Positions 50,835-60,600 of a stretch of DNA of 64,000 nt are shown in pieces. Made by a program: the position numbers and the translations under genes. Positions within the stretch are counted from its first letter, which is position 1. Every line of letters starts with the position of its first letter. The notes under the pieces were generated by a model, which ran no database searches, was not told where the DNA came from, and saw nothing but the letters and a program-made list of their open reading frames with translations. Source of the stretch: a virus; the IMG/VR virus record IMGVR_UViG_3300024581_002845; one strand, given 5' to 3'.

Positions 50835-51953
50835 ATGGCAAGTACAATTATAACACCCACAAACAAAGAGAAACTTTATTCTCAAATTTTCCACCTCTTA
50901 GGAATGCCTATCAGGTCAGTAGAATTGACTGAAGAACAGATGGACACATTCCTCGAGTTAGCCCTCGATGAATATGAACAATACGTTAGTGATTGGTTAA
51001 TAGAATCACAATGGTCGTCTTTAGCTGGGTTAGACGTTGATACACAATCATTAACAAGGGCATTCACAACGAGATCATTAGACTATGAGACACAATATTC
51101 TCATGCATATTCTAAGATAGTTGGATTACAAACGGGTGGTGACTCCATACTTAAAAAAGACAAAATTGAACTTATACCAAACCAACAGGTTTATGAAATC
51201 CCTGCGGGTCGTGAAATCAATGAGTTATTATGGTTTACGAGAGCCGAACTTACTGATTCGATTGTTGATCCATTCTTAGGTGGTTTCGGTGGTCTTGGTG
51301 GTGTAGGTTTCGGTGGTGTCGGTGGATTTGCCCAAATGGGAACTTCAGGTTCATATTTTATGTTACCCGCATATGACCTATTGGCTCGTATGCAAGACAG
51401 AAACATTAAGAATAGACTTATTGGTGGTGAACTGACCTACCGTGTCACTGCGGGTCCTGAAGGTAAAAAATACGTTCACCTATATAACGTACCGGGTGGT
51501 AGATTCGATTTTGGATCCATCCAACAACACAACCACTATGTGTGGTATTGGTATTACGATACACACGATAGAGATGATTGTTTAGATAAAAACAAAGACG
51601 TTGTGAAATTACCTTCAGATATTGCAACTGAAGAATTAACATGGGAAACACTTAATAAACCCGCTCAGAATTGGGTAAGAAAATATCTTATCGCATATTC
51701 TAAAGAAGGGTTAGGTAGAATATATTCTAAATTCTCAGGGGACCTTCAGGTACCTGATAGTCAAGTTAAGTTAGATTATAGTTCTCTACTAACAGAAGGA
51801 AAGGACGAGAAGTTAAAACTTGTGGAAGAATTAACACAGAGGTTAGAAAGATTACGTCCCGACAAAATGTTAGAGAGAAAAGGTAATGAAGCTGAGAATT
51901 TAAACAAATCTTTAAAGTACAGACCTATTCAGTCTCCTTTTAACATGATCTAA
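50835..51953 (+). CDS. Neck / head-tail adaptor protein (T4 gp13-like)
   Basis: LLGMPIRSVELTEEQMD..LE.A; WVRKY.IA.SKE.LGRIYSKF; L.TEG..E...L.EEL. Confidence 0.82.
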   Translation: MASTIITPTNKEKLYSQIFHLLGMPIRSVELTEEQMDTFLELALDEYEQYVSDWLIESQWSSLAGLDVDTQSLTRAFTTRSLDYETQYSHAYSKIVGLQTGGDSILKKDKIELIPNQQVYEIPAGREINELLWFTRAELTDSIVDPFLGGFGGLGGVGFGGVGGFAQMGTSGSYFMLPAYDLLARMQDRNIKNRLIGGELTYRVTAGPEGKKYVHLYNVPGGRFDFGSIQQHNHYVWYWYYDTHDRDDCLDKNKDVVKLPSDIATEELTWETLNKPAQNWVRKYLIAYSKEGLGRIYSKFSGDLQVPDSQVKLDYSSLLTEGKDEKLKLVEELTQRLERLRPDKMLERKGNEAENLNKSLKYRPIQSPFNMI

Positions 51954-54859
51954 GAGATATCGGTGTGGGTTGCGAAATCGTGACCACCCCTTTCTATTAT
52001 ATCACCTTCCCGTGAAGGACTACTCACCACTTTAAAATCAACAGCATCTCTATTTTTTTGTACCCAATAAGGATCGACATGTTTGATACTATCTTCTAAA
52101 TAAAGGAAGTACGGATCTCTCTTAACCTTTTTCCAAAACATAACTTCACTATCCGATAGTGTCATTACCTCATCGAAGTCATCTTGATGACCTTCTTTCA
52201 TTGGATAACCATTAACTAACTCACATTGTGACGATGTAAAGAAAGGACGATCCTTAGGATCTTCAATTAGTATTTCATTTCTAATGTCAGGGTGGAACAC
52301 AACCAATAATGGTTCAATCCTTTTATTAAAAGTACTAATATATCTCGCAACGTTGTAATCTCCCTTCATATCAGGATTATCATTCAACTCCTTTTCAGTA
52401 ATCATGAATGAGTTAATCTTAATATAATTTTCGGGGACTTCTGTTCCATGTTCCTCAAAATATTCTTTTTGGAATTTTTTCGTGGGTTTAGTGATCTTCT
52501 GAACATCACCATCACCTTTACGATCACCATTATTTACGTAAAATATTGTTTCACCTAAACCTGCGGGATAATCGTTTTTAATTATAAGTTCCATATGTGC
52601 CTTTCTCGCTTTACTCGCACCACTTTTAGTGGTTGTTTTCATATCTCTTAAGTATGCGGGTACACTTTGTTTTACCCTTGCCTTATTTGCAATCTTAGCG
52701 AGAGGGATGTCCTTATTAAATATCTTTTCTATGTACGAATAATAAACCTCAAGAAATTCCTGACCCTTACCATCTAAAAGTAATTTTAGACTTTCATCTA
52801 AGAAATCAACGATATAACCATGTAGGTTCTTAGACTTAATAGTGTTACCTGTTAACTTAAGACCTCCACTTGGTTTTTTAAGTACGTAATTCTTCCTTGC
52901 AACATTAACTGTGGACGGTGCAACATAATCAATATCCAACCCCATTTCATTCCTCATAAAAATGTCATTGAATTCTGCGGTGTCGGCCTCGGCACCTTTA
53001 TAGAGTTTACCTCCCACTACTAATTCATTCTTTCCTTTACCTAAGTATTCTCTTTCATCTACATCAGGTGGACATGAGAAGTTAACCCCATCAGTATCCA
53101 TTACGAGTGGTTTATACCCTTTCTTTTGGAAGAACATAATCATCATTCTTAGACTCTGTCTACCAACACACGTAATTGTTTCTCCTTTATCCATATCACC
53201 CCATGGGAATACATGTGGTGCGGATAATGAACCGAAATACGCATTAATAAAGATTTTAATAGGTAACTGTTTTCTATCAAACTTCTTTGACTGTACAGGA
53301 TCTGATTTTGAGTATTGTGCCGCCAATTTCTTGTATTTGATACGAACATCTCGGAAATACTTTAACATCGACTTCTGAACCCCCATAACATCACATTCAG
53401 GGAACACATCGTAAACAAGTTGTATTGATGGATAAAGTGATGAATAGTCAAACTTAACTACATTCTCCGAATACCCAACGGCAAGTAATCGTGATAAACC
53501 ACCTGTAATTGCCCTACGTTCTTGTTTTTTAGGTATTGCTAAATTGTGTTTATAAGACCACGCTAACATGATCAATTTCCATAATGTGGCAGTACCCATT
53601 GTAGAAACCCTTTCATATGTCGTAGGTACCAATTTTGAGAGTAGGAATGTCGATTGACTAAACGATTCATCAACCACCATAGTTTCATACAAGTCATCAT
53701 CAAGATACTGTTCTACGATTTTACGACCTGTCCACACTTCATAACTGTTTGGGAATCTCTGAAGTAAGTTTTCAGTACCGGGTTCTCCAATTTTTTTATA
53801 CTTACCCGTCTTAGGATTCACATAATAACTTTCATTATCAAGATATATCTTAGAAATCCAAGCACCGTCAACGTAAACACGATTCTCCTTTTCTGCTCCG
53901 AGATATTTGGTAATGTACTTCAAACCCCATGATTTAATATCAGAGTTAATTGCCTGTGCCCTACGAACGGAGTGTGCGATATCAAGGATGTTCATGCCCC
54001 ATATCATGTGTTGGGTATACATCTCTACTTCATTTGCAAGTTTTAACATACCCTCTCTTTCTTTCATTCCTTGATCAATGAAAACCTTGGTATGTTCTTC
54101 TACATTGATACCTAAAATTTCGGCACGTTTTAAAATAAATGGAAAATCGAAGAATGCCGAGTTATACCCCGCAAATATTGTAGGTTTTAATTCCTCTAAG
54201 TATTGGAAGAACTCTATAATACATCGTTTCTCCCCGTCCTCACCAAAGGCATCGATAATCTTAACAAAGTCTCGATTATCCTTCATTCCTATAAGAATGA
54301 TTTTATCCGTCTCAGGTTCAAGACCTGTGGTCTCAATATCGAATACTAATCGATGAACATCTTCATATTCTTCAATACCTTTGAATAATCTCTTTTCTTT
54401 TTGAATCAGGTACTGTTCTTTAGGGTTCAGTAGGATAAAATGTTCTTTTATCATTTTACCGTTGGGTAATTTCTTATCGTCCCACGGATTAATACCCCCT
54501 TGTCTGAAGAAACTTAAAAGTTCTCTATAACCCTTACTACTTTTAACGAGATAGTTAAACCCATCCTCAAGACGTTCATTACCTCTTGTTTCTAACTTCT
54601 CTATTGTAATACCATACTCCAACATCTTTTGACGTTGAAGTGCCTTGCTCTTATTATAGAAATTAAGATCGGTAATATCACTAACCCAAAGAAACGGAGT
54701 TAGTTTGTCTTGTCTAATTATTTTACCTTTTTCGGGGTGTTGGATGATTTTATAGATGGTGTTTGTTCGATATTCATATTCGAGCCCTGTAATGTATTCT
54801 TCAGGGTCACCACCATTGAGGAATTCTTCGATTACCTCTTGGGAGATTATTTCATTCAT
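51950..54859 (-). CDS. polB: DNA polymerase family B with 3'-5' exonuclease
   Basis: ExoI FDIETTG, ExoII GYNSAFFDFPF, motif A FDYSSLYPS, motif B KIFINAYFG, motif C MDTDG. Confidence 0.96.
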   Translation of the reverse strand: MNEIISQEVIEEFLNGGDPEEYITGLEYEYRTNTIYKIIQHPEKGKIIRQDKLTPFLWVSDITDLNFYNKSKALQRQKMLEYGITIEKLETRGNERLEDGFNYLVKSSKGYRELLSFFRQGGINPWDDKKLPNGKMIKEHFILLNPKEQYLIQKEKRLFKGIEEYEDVHRLVFDIETTGLEPETDKIILIGMKDNRDFVKIIDAFGEDGEKRCIIEFFQYLEELKPTIFAGYNSAFFDFPFILKRAEILGINVEEHTKVFIDQGMKEREGMLKLANEVEMYTQHMIWGMNILDIAHSVRRAQAINSDIKSWGLKYITKYLGAEKENRVYVDGAWISKIYLDNESYYVNPKTGKYKKIGEPGTENLLQRFPNSYEVWTGRKIVEQYLDDDLYETMVVDESFSQSTFLLSKLVPTTYERVSTMGTATLWKLIMLAWSYKHNLAIPKKQERRAITGGLSRLLAVGYSENVVKFDYSSLYPSIQLVYDVFPECDVMGVQKSMLKYFRDVRIKYKKLAAQYSKSDPVQSKKFDRKQLPIKIFINAYFGSLSAPHVFPWGDMDKGETITCVGRQSLRMMIMFFQKKGYKPLVMDTDGVNFSCPPDVDEREYLGKGKNELVVGGKLYKGAEADTAEFNDIFMRNEMGLDIDYVAPSTVNVARKNYVLKKPSGGLKLTGNTIKSKNLHGYIVDFLDESLKLLLDGKGQEFLEVYYSYIEKIFNKDIPLAKIANKARVKQSVPAYLRDMKTTTKSGASKARKAHMELIIKNDYPAGLGETIFYVNNGDRKGDGDVQKITKPTKKFQKEYFEEHGTEVPENYIKINSFMITEKELNDNPDMKGDYNVARYISTFNKRIEPLLVVFHPDIRNEILIEDPKDRPFFTSSQCELVNGYPMKEGHQDDFDEVMTLSDSEVMFWKKVKRDPYFLYLEDSIKHVDPYWVQKNRDAVDFKVVSSPSREGDIIERGGHDFATHTDIS

Positions 54860-54925
54860 AAAGTTTGATATTCGGATGACACATTAGCATATCCCTTAGT
54901 TAGGATAGTTTGTCTTGTTACATAA

Positions 54926-54956
54926 CAAATATATGAAAAAATATACTAAAAATCAA
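54926..54956 (-). promoter_or_regulatory. Early/host-type promoter of the DNA polymerase gene
   Basis: TTGATT-17 nt-TATATT; the -10 region reads TATATTTG, which also matches the Bacteroidota TAnnTTTG element. Confidence 0.6.
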
Positions 54957-55025
54957 CTCCGTATCATCTATGTATGGCGGGTTTTCGTGCCAATTAAAAT
55001 ATCCCCCTTAATGCATGCGCATTTT

Positions 55026-55394
55026 TTAAACGATGTTAATGAATAATTTTTCTTTGATTGGGACGATTAACTTATTAGTTGGGTTAAGATCGGTATCTCT
55101 AAATTGAATAGTTATAATACCCTCGAATTTACCCGACTCTAAAGTCTCGCCTTCTTTGAACCTATAAGTAATATAATACTCATCTGTGGTTTGGTCGTAT
55201 TTCTTGGTCCTCGTTGTTAAATGACAGTCTTCACTAAGTATGTGGGGTATCTCTGTTTCTACCTCAATCATATCGAAAGTAATATGGGCGTTTTCTAAAA
55301 GATCGTTTAAAGATGACTTGTCATTTCTACCATCATCAACCAATCTCATTTTTAACATTGGGTCTGTCGCCCCTTTTCGTATAAAGAATTCCAT
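55026..55394 (-). CDS. BppU N-terminal-like (baseplate upper / fibre anchor) protein (122 aa)
   Basis: FFIRKGATDP.L...L, ITYRF...ET...GKFEG.ITIQF pattern; last gene of the fibre cluster. Confidence 0.6.
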   Translation of the reverse strand: MEFFIRKGATDPMLKMRLVDDGRNDKSSLNDLLENAHITFDMIEVETEIPHILSEDCHLTTRTKKYDQTTDEYYITYRFKEGETLESGKFEGIITIQFRDTDLNPTNKLIVPIKEKLFINIV

Positions 55395-55419
55395 ATTAAT
55401 AAATATCTAACCTATTTTT

Positions 55420-57633
55420 TTATAACCCACCTGTTGCAATAAATTGACCTGTAACTGTTTGGTTACTATCGGGGAATAAATATGACTGACCATTTGTACT
55501 TGTAAATACTTCCGATGTTGTTCTAATAACACCATTAACAATTGATCTTACTCTTGTGTCTTCAGTCGCGCATCCTGCTCCACCACCTCCTTGGGAGTAT
55601 GATTTAACATATACAGTATCAGATTGTGTAAAAGTAATAGACGAAGTATTCCAATACGCATATTGGTTACCCTGAGTCTTAGTTAATCTTGCGACTTCAC
55701 TACCGTTCTTCTCAATAATTAAGTATCCTTTAGCACATGATTCCGCGTATGTCGCTGATGTTACGTTCTGTAATGTTAAAGTATATGTTGGAACAGGTGT
55801 TGCGGTTGGTGCGGGACTATTTTCCATTATAACCACAAACGATGGGTTTACCCCTTGTTGGACAGAATAGTTATATGTCAAAGAATTCGACGTATTTGAA
55901 TTTGTCATTCCCACACTCGACCCATTTAAGATTAATCTTGTTGTTGGTGAGGTGTAACTATTAGTACAAGGAGAAAGAAGATTAAACGGTCTATGTGTGA
56001 TAGTTATATTATCACCCGGATATACTGAATAAGTTCTTAGTGTTCCCGATCCTGTTGTCCCTTGAGTTAATTGGATTGTTGAACCCTGTTTAACTCCATT
56101 TATAAATAATTCACTAATCGATGTAGTACAACTATTTTCGTGTTGGTAACCAAACGTGAATGTTTGTGGTGATGGTGTTGATGTCGCAGTAACGGGCGGT
56201 GTAGGTTGTGGTGTTGGTTCAGGAGTTGCGTTAGGTGTTGCTGTTGGATTTGGTGTAGGAGAAGGTGGTGCACCGACAGTTGCGGATGGTGTAGGTTCAG
56301 GTGTTGGATCAGGTGGATACTCTGAATTATTCACTAAACCAACCTGCCAATAAGTTAAACCATTTACCACAATAGTTTTATCATTTGATGATGCTTCCAC
56401 TACGTGAGTTAGTGGGGATTGGTTATTCGCGAAAGTCACCCCGTTAAAAGTACCATCCCATGCTCTAATATTTAATGCGGATGCAATGTTATCAATTCTA
56501 TTACATAACGTAGCGATAGGTATGGTCTCCTCAGGATTCTCAGGGTCTGTAATTTCCTTACCACCATAAAGTAATCCTACAATTACCCATTCCATTCGGC
56601 CACCCTCACCTTCTATTTCACATAGAATTGCGGATCCTGAGTCACCTCCCGCCGACGGGTAATAACACCAATCACCTGTAGGTGTTGTGGACCCACTTGC
56701 TTGTAATTCAAAAGTGTCGTTCATATACACATAAGACGATGAACCTTGTTTTTGGTACCCTATCGTGATTGACGATGAACTTGCGGTACAGAATAACTTA
56801 GTGTCCCCCTGACCTTTTGGTCCTGTGGTCCTACCTGAGGTGTAATATCGAGTATTAGGGTTCTCTAATAATGCATTTATTTCTGATGTGGTTGCAAATC
56901 TTGGTGCACTTGTCATTCCCGTAATCCCGAATTGGATCCATGATACCGAACTATCTACTATAATTTCTTCTTCACCAAAATCTAAAGACACTAAAGCAGC
57001 GTCAACAGTATTATTGAATGGGATATCTCTTATTGGTTGGTATTTCTTAACAATACCAACACCTAACGATGGGTCCGATAAACCAACTTCGTTAGGTTGA
57101 TTAACCTGATGACCACCGGGGGTAAAAACGTTCGTTCTAACACCATTCAAATTCCTTTCTGTGGTTATAAATGCGTCATCACATAGAACATGATTATTAC
57201 TTATACCAACTAAAGTGTTTGTTTCGTTATCAACAGCAATAAAACCTAAAGTACCCACGTAAGCTCCCATGGCGGTATAATTCGTTACAGAAACACCCCC
57301 CATAAGTGGTCTGTGCTTATTCCTATTTTGTGGTGGTTGACCTTGCCAATTATAAAAAGTTTGGTCTCCACAAAAACCGTATGCGTGCGCTTTTATTGTC
57401 GCTTCAACAACATCGGTCTTAAATGTTTCACCGTCAATTACAATTTCAGATGGGATTCGTTCACTTTCAGGAATCTCAGATAAGGGTTTTTTTCTAACAA
57501 CGGTAAAGACAAGAGTTTTTTCGTCAGTGGTTTTATTGTTACTTGTTTTGAAACCATACGAAACACCCACAATGTCTGAAGATGTGTTTCTATTTAATTC
57601 TGCCGTTACCTCTTTTAATCTATCGTTTGTCAT
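55420..57633 (-). CDS. Trypsin-like (Nal1/S1-type) serine protease fused through a Pro/Thr linker to beta-sandwich domains (737 aa)
   Basis: Pro-region IVGVSYGFK...VVRKKP...TDVVE; RPLMGGVSV, GTLG; triad SNNHV (His), VDAALV (Asp), GGDSGSA (Ser). Confidence 0.85.
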   Translation of the reverse strand: MTNDRLKEVTAELNRNTSSDIVGVSYGFKTSNNKTTDEKTLVFTVVRKKPLSEIPESERIPSEIVIDGETFKTDVVEATIKAHAYGFCGDQTFYNWQGQPPQNRNKHRPLMGGVSVTNYTAMGAYVGTLGFIAVDNETNTLVGISNNHVLCDDAFITTERNLNGVRTNVFTPGGHQVNQPNEVGLSDPSLGVGIVKKYQPIRDIPFNNTVDAALVSLDFGEEEIIVDSSVSWIQFGITGMTSAPRFATTSEINALLENPNTRYYTSGRTTGPKGQGDTKLFCTASSSSITIGYQKQGSSSYVYMNDTFELQASGSTTPTGDWCYYPSAGGDSGSAILCEIEGEGGRMEWVIVGLLYGGKEITDPENPEETIPIATLCNRIDNIASALNIRAWDGTFNGVTFANNQSPLTHVVEASSNDKTIVVNGLTYWQVGLVNNSEYPPDPTPEPTPSATVGAPPSPTPNPTATPNATPEPTPQPTPPVTATSTPSPQTFTFGYQHENSCTTSISELFINGVKQGSTIQLTQGTTGSGTLRTYSVYPGDNITITHRPFNLLSPCTNSYTSPTTRLILNGSSVGMTNSNTSNSLTYNYSVQQGVNPSFVVIMENSPAPTATPVPTYTLTLQNVTSATYAESCAKGYLIIEKNGSEVARLTKTQGNQYAYWNTSSITFTQSDTVYVKSYSQGGGGAGCATEDTRVRSIVNGVIRTTSEVFTSTNGQSYLFPDSNQTVTGQFIATGGL

Positions 57634-57640
57634 ATCTTAA

Positions 57641-60600
57641 TTAGTTTGGTATGTGTAAAAATATCGTGTTAGCGGTGTTTGCAACTGTTGCAGTTGGATT
57701 AGGTGTTGGTTGAGGTGTTGACGTTGGGTTTGGGGTTGGACCAACTACTTCAAAAACGATAGTCTCTTGAACCCTTGGATCAAGACTTCTATGTGATGTA
57801 TCCACTAATTCAACAACTAAAGTATGTTCACCCTCATCTGTAATATCAAATACCACGTCTAAATCATCGTATTTCATAATAACCCCACCACCATCTAACT
57901 CGTAGTGAATGTGACCTTGGTTAGTCGATATGAAATCACCCACATCAACTGACATAATTATATCACCTGTAGGGTATACACCACCATTAGTTGGACTTGT
58001 GACCGTTAATGTTGGTTGTGATGTCGGTGTGGGTGTTGGTTGAGGTGTTGCCGTTGGGTTTGGAGTGGGTTCAGGTGTAGGTTGTTCCGTTGCCGTTGGA
58101 TTAGGTGTTGCGGTTGGATTCTCCGTTGCCGTAGGATTAGGTGTAGGTTCAGGAGTCGCGGTTGGGTTAGGTGTTGCCGTCGGATTCTCCGTTGCGGTTG
58201 GGTTTGGTGTTGGTTCGGGAGTTGCCGTCGGATTCGGAGTACTTGTCGGTAATTCCGTTGCGGTTGGATTAGGAGTTGGGTTAGGGGTTGCCGTTGGGTT
58301 CGGAGTACTTGTTGGTAATTCCGTTGCCGTTGGGTTTGGTGTTGGTTGTGGTGTACTTGTAGGTACGGGAGTCGCATCAGGAGTCGGTGCCGGTGTGGCA
58401 GTTGGTATTGGTGTGGGTTGTTCCGTTGCGGTTGGGTTAGGGGTTGCCGTTGGTAATTCCGTCGCCGTAGGGTTAGGTGTTGGTTCAGGTGTACTTGTCG
58501 GGTTAGGGGTTGCCGTTGGTAACTCTGTTGCGGTTGGTATTGGTGTAGGTTGTTCCGTTGCCGTAGGGTTAGGAGTTGCTGTTGGTAACTCTGTTGCGGT
58601 TGGTATTGGTGTAGGTTGTTCTGTTGCCGTTGGGTTCGGAGTACTTGTTGGTAATTCCGTTGCCGTAGGATTAGGGGTAGGACTTGCAGTTGGTTCTGGC
58701 GTTGGTGATGATGTTGGTATAGGTGTTGCCGTCGGATCAAGTGACACATTCGAAGTGTTCGGATAAATCTTAACGTAATTGTCTATTGTTTGATTATAGT
58801 TCAATGTTTGGGAAGCCACATTGATAGTGTACATATTAGTCCAACTATAATTACATATTCCTGAGGAGGTTGAATACCTTAGACCGTGAATTACAGATCC
58901 ATCAGAATTTCTAAAGTGTATTGCCTTATAGTGGAAATCAGTGTGACCACCCGTAACGGTATAACTAATTGTATTTGAAAGTCCCCCACCCTGAGAACAA
59001 TTACCAATATCGTCAAAAGTGCCGACCTGATACCAATTTAAATTTTGATCGTATGGTTGAACTACCGTCGTTGATTGAGGTAAGTCCGCCATCCAAAACT
59101 GAAGACCACTCAAAGTATTGGTAAAGGATTGTAATATTCTTATATTAATTGTTGTACTGTATTGTGGTTGTGGTGTTGAAGTTGGTGTCGGTGCGGGGGT
59201 TGATGTTGGTATTTGTGTTGCGGTTGGCTCAGGTGTACTCGTTCCTGTTGGTTCAGGTGTACTACTCGCAGTTGGTTCAGGAGTACTTGTGCCTGTTGGT
59301 TCAGGCGTACTACTTGGTGTGGGTTCAGGTGTACTACTCGCTGTAGGTTCAGGTGTTGAACTTGGTGTTGGTTCAGGGGTTGCGGTATAAAGAGGTGTCG
59401 CGGTTGGAGGTATAACCATATCACAATCTAATTGATCCACTGATATTACTGTACCTTGAGCACCGACTGTAATCCATCTATAACTACCAACATTATTAAT
59501 AGGTGATTGGTAAACTAAGAAACCACCAATCTCGAAAAACTCTGAACCGTCTGAAGTTCTATAAATAATGTCACCAACCGATGGAACATTATATCCACCA
59601 CCCGGAGCACTTGTCCAAATATGTGGTTTTTCTGTAGTTCCTGAATTATCTTCTACAACACTAATACCCGGGAAAGGACCATTTACGGTGTCACATACCC
59701 ATTGTAGTGTCTCCGATAAACCTACCGTTTGGTTTAATGAATCAAAAGAGTCTTCGTTAGCCCACGGATTCATTTTACTAACTACTTTATGAATATACCC
59801 TAAAGTGTTCGATATCGTACCTGTTGGTGTTGGTTGTGGTGTACTTGTAGGTTCAGGAGTGATTGTTGCCGTTGGTTCGGGTGTTGATGGCGGTGTACTT
59901 GTTGGTGGTAACGTTGCCGTTGGTTCAGGAGTTGCTGGTGGTGTACTTGTTGGATTCGGTGTTGCCGTTGGATTCTCCGTTGCGGTTGGATTAGGCGTTG
60001 GATTAGGAGTTGCTGTTGGGTATGGGGTTGGTTCAGGAGTCGATGTTGGTTCGGGAGTTGCCGTTGGGGGGTAACAACACTCAATTAATGAGGATTGTAA
60101 ACTCTCTAATTGTGAGTTGATTGATGCAGAAATCAATAAGAAAGATGAGGTGAATTGATTAAAATCGTCTCTTATAGACCCACTTTCAATTTCTAACGCA
60201 TCTAACCTACCTACTATTGGTGTTAAATCCACAGGTATTGGTGTGGGTTGTGGGGTTGGTTGCGGTGGTAAATCATCTAATGTAATCCACGAACCACTTT
60301 TACCCTCAATAGAATCTAATCTACCATCATTAGATGATGTATAGGTATTAAACTCACTTCTAATAGATGCACTCTCTGTTTCCAAAGAATTTAACCTATT
60401 TGTATGTCCACTCGTTAAATCATCATTAGATGACGTGTATGTATTAAAATCTGAACGAACTGAACCTGATTCAGTTTCTAAAGAACTTAGTCTATTGTTT
60501 TGTTCGGTATTTAGTGTGTCATTGGAAGAGGTATAATCATTAAAATTACCTCTGATAGATCCCGATTCAGTCTCTAAAGAACCCAATCTCTCGTTTGCCT

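Noticed and set aside
19113-54859. Active inteins or introns in nrdA, helicase, recA or polB
   Set aside because: ORFs are uninterrupted, of ordinary size, and show no C...HN intein ends or LAGLIDADG/HNH motifs.
54961-55025. Short palindromic sequence (AATGCATGCGCATT) and a weak GGC..GCC pairing upstream of the polB promoter
   Set aside because: Pairing is short and imperfect with no clear U-tail or second copy; not enough to call an element.
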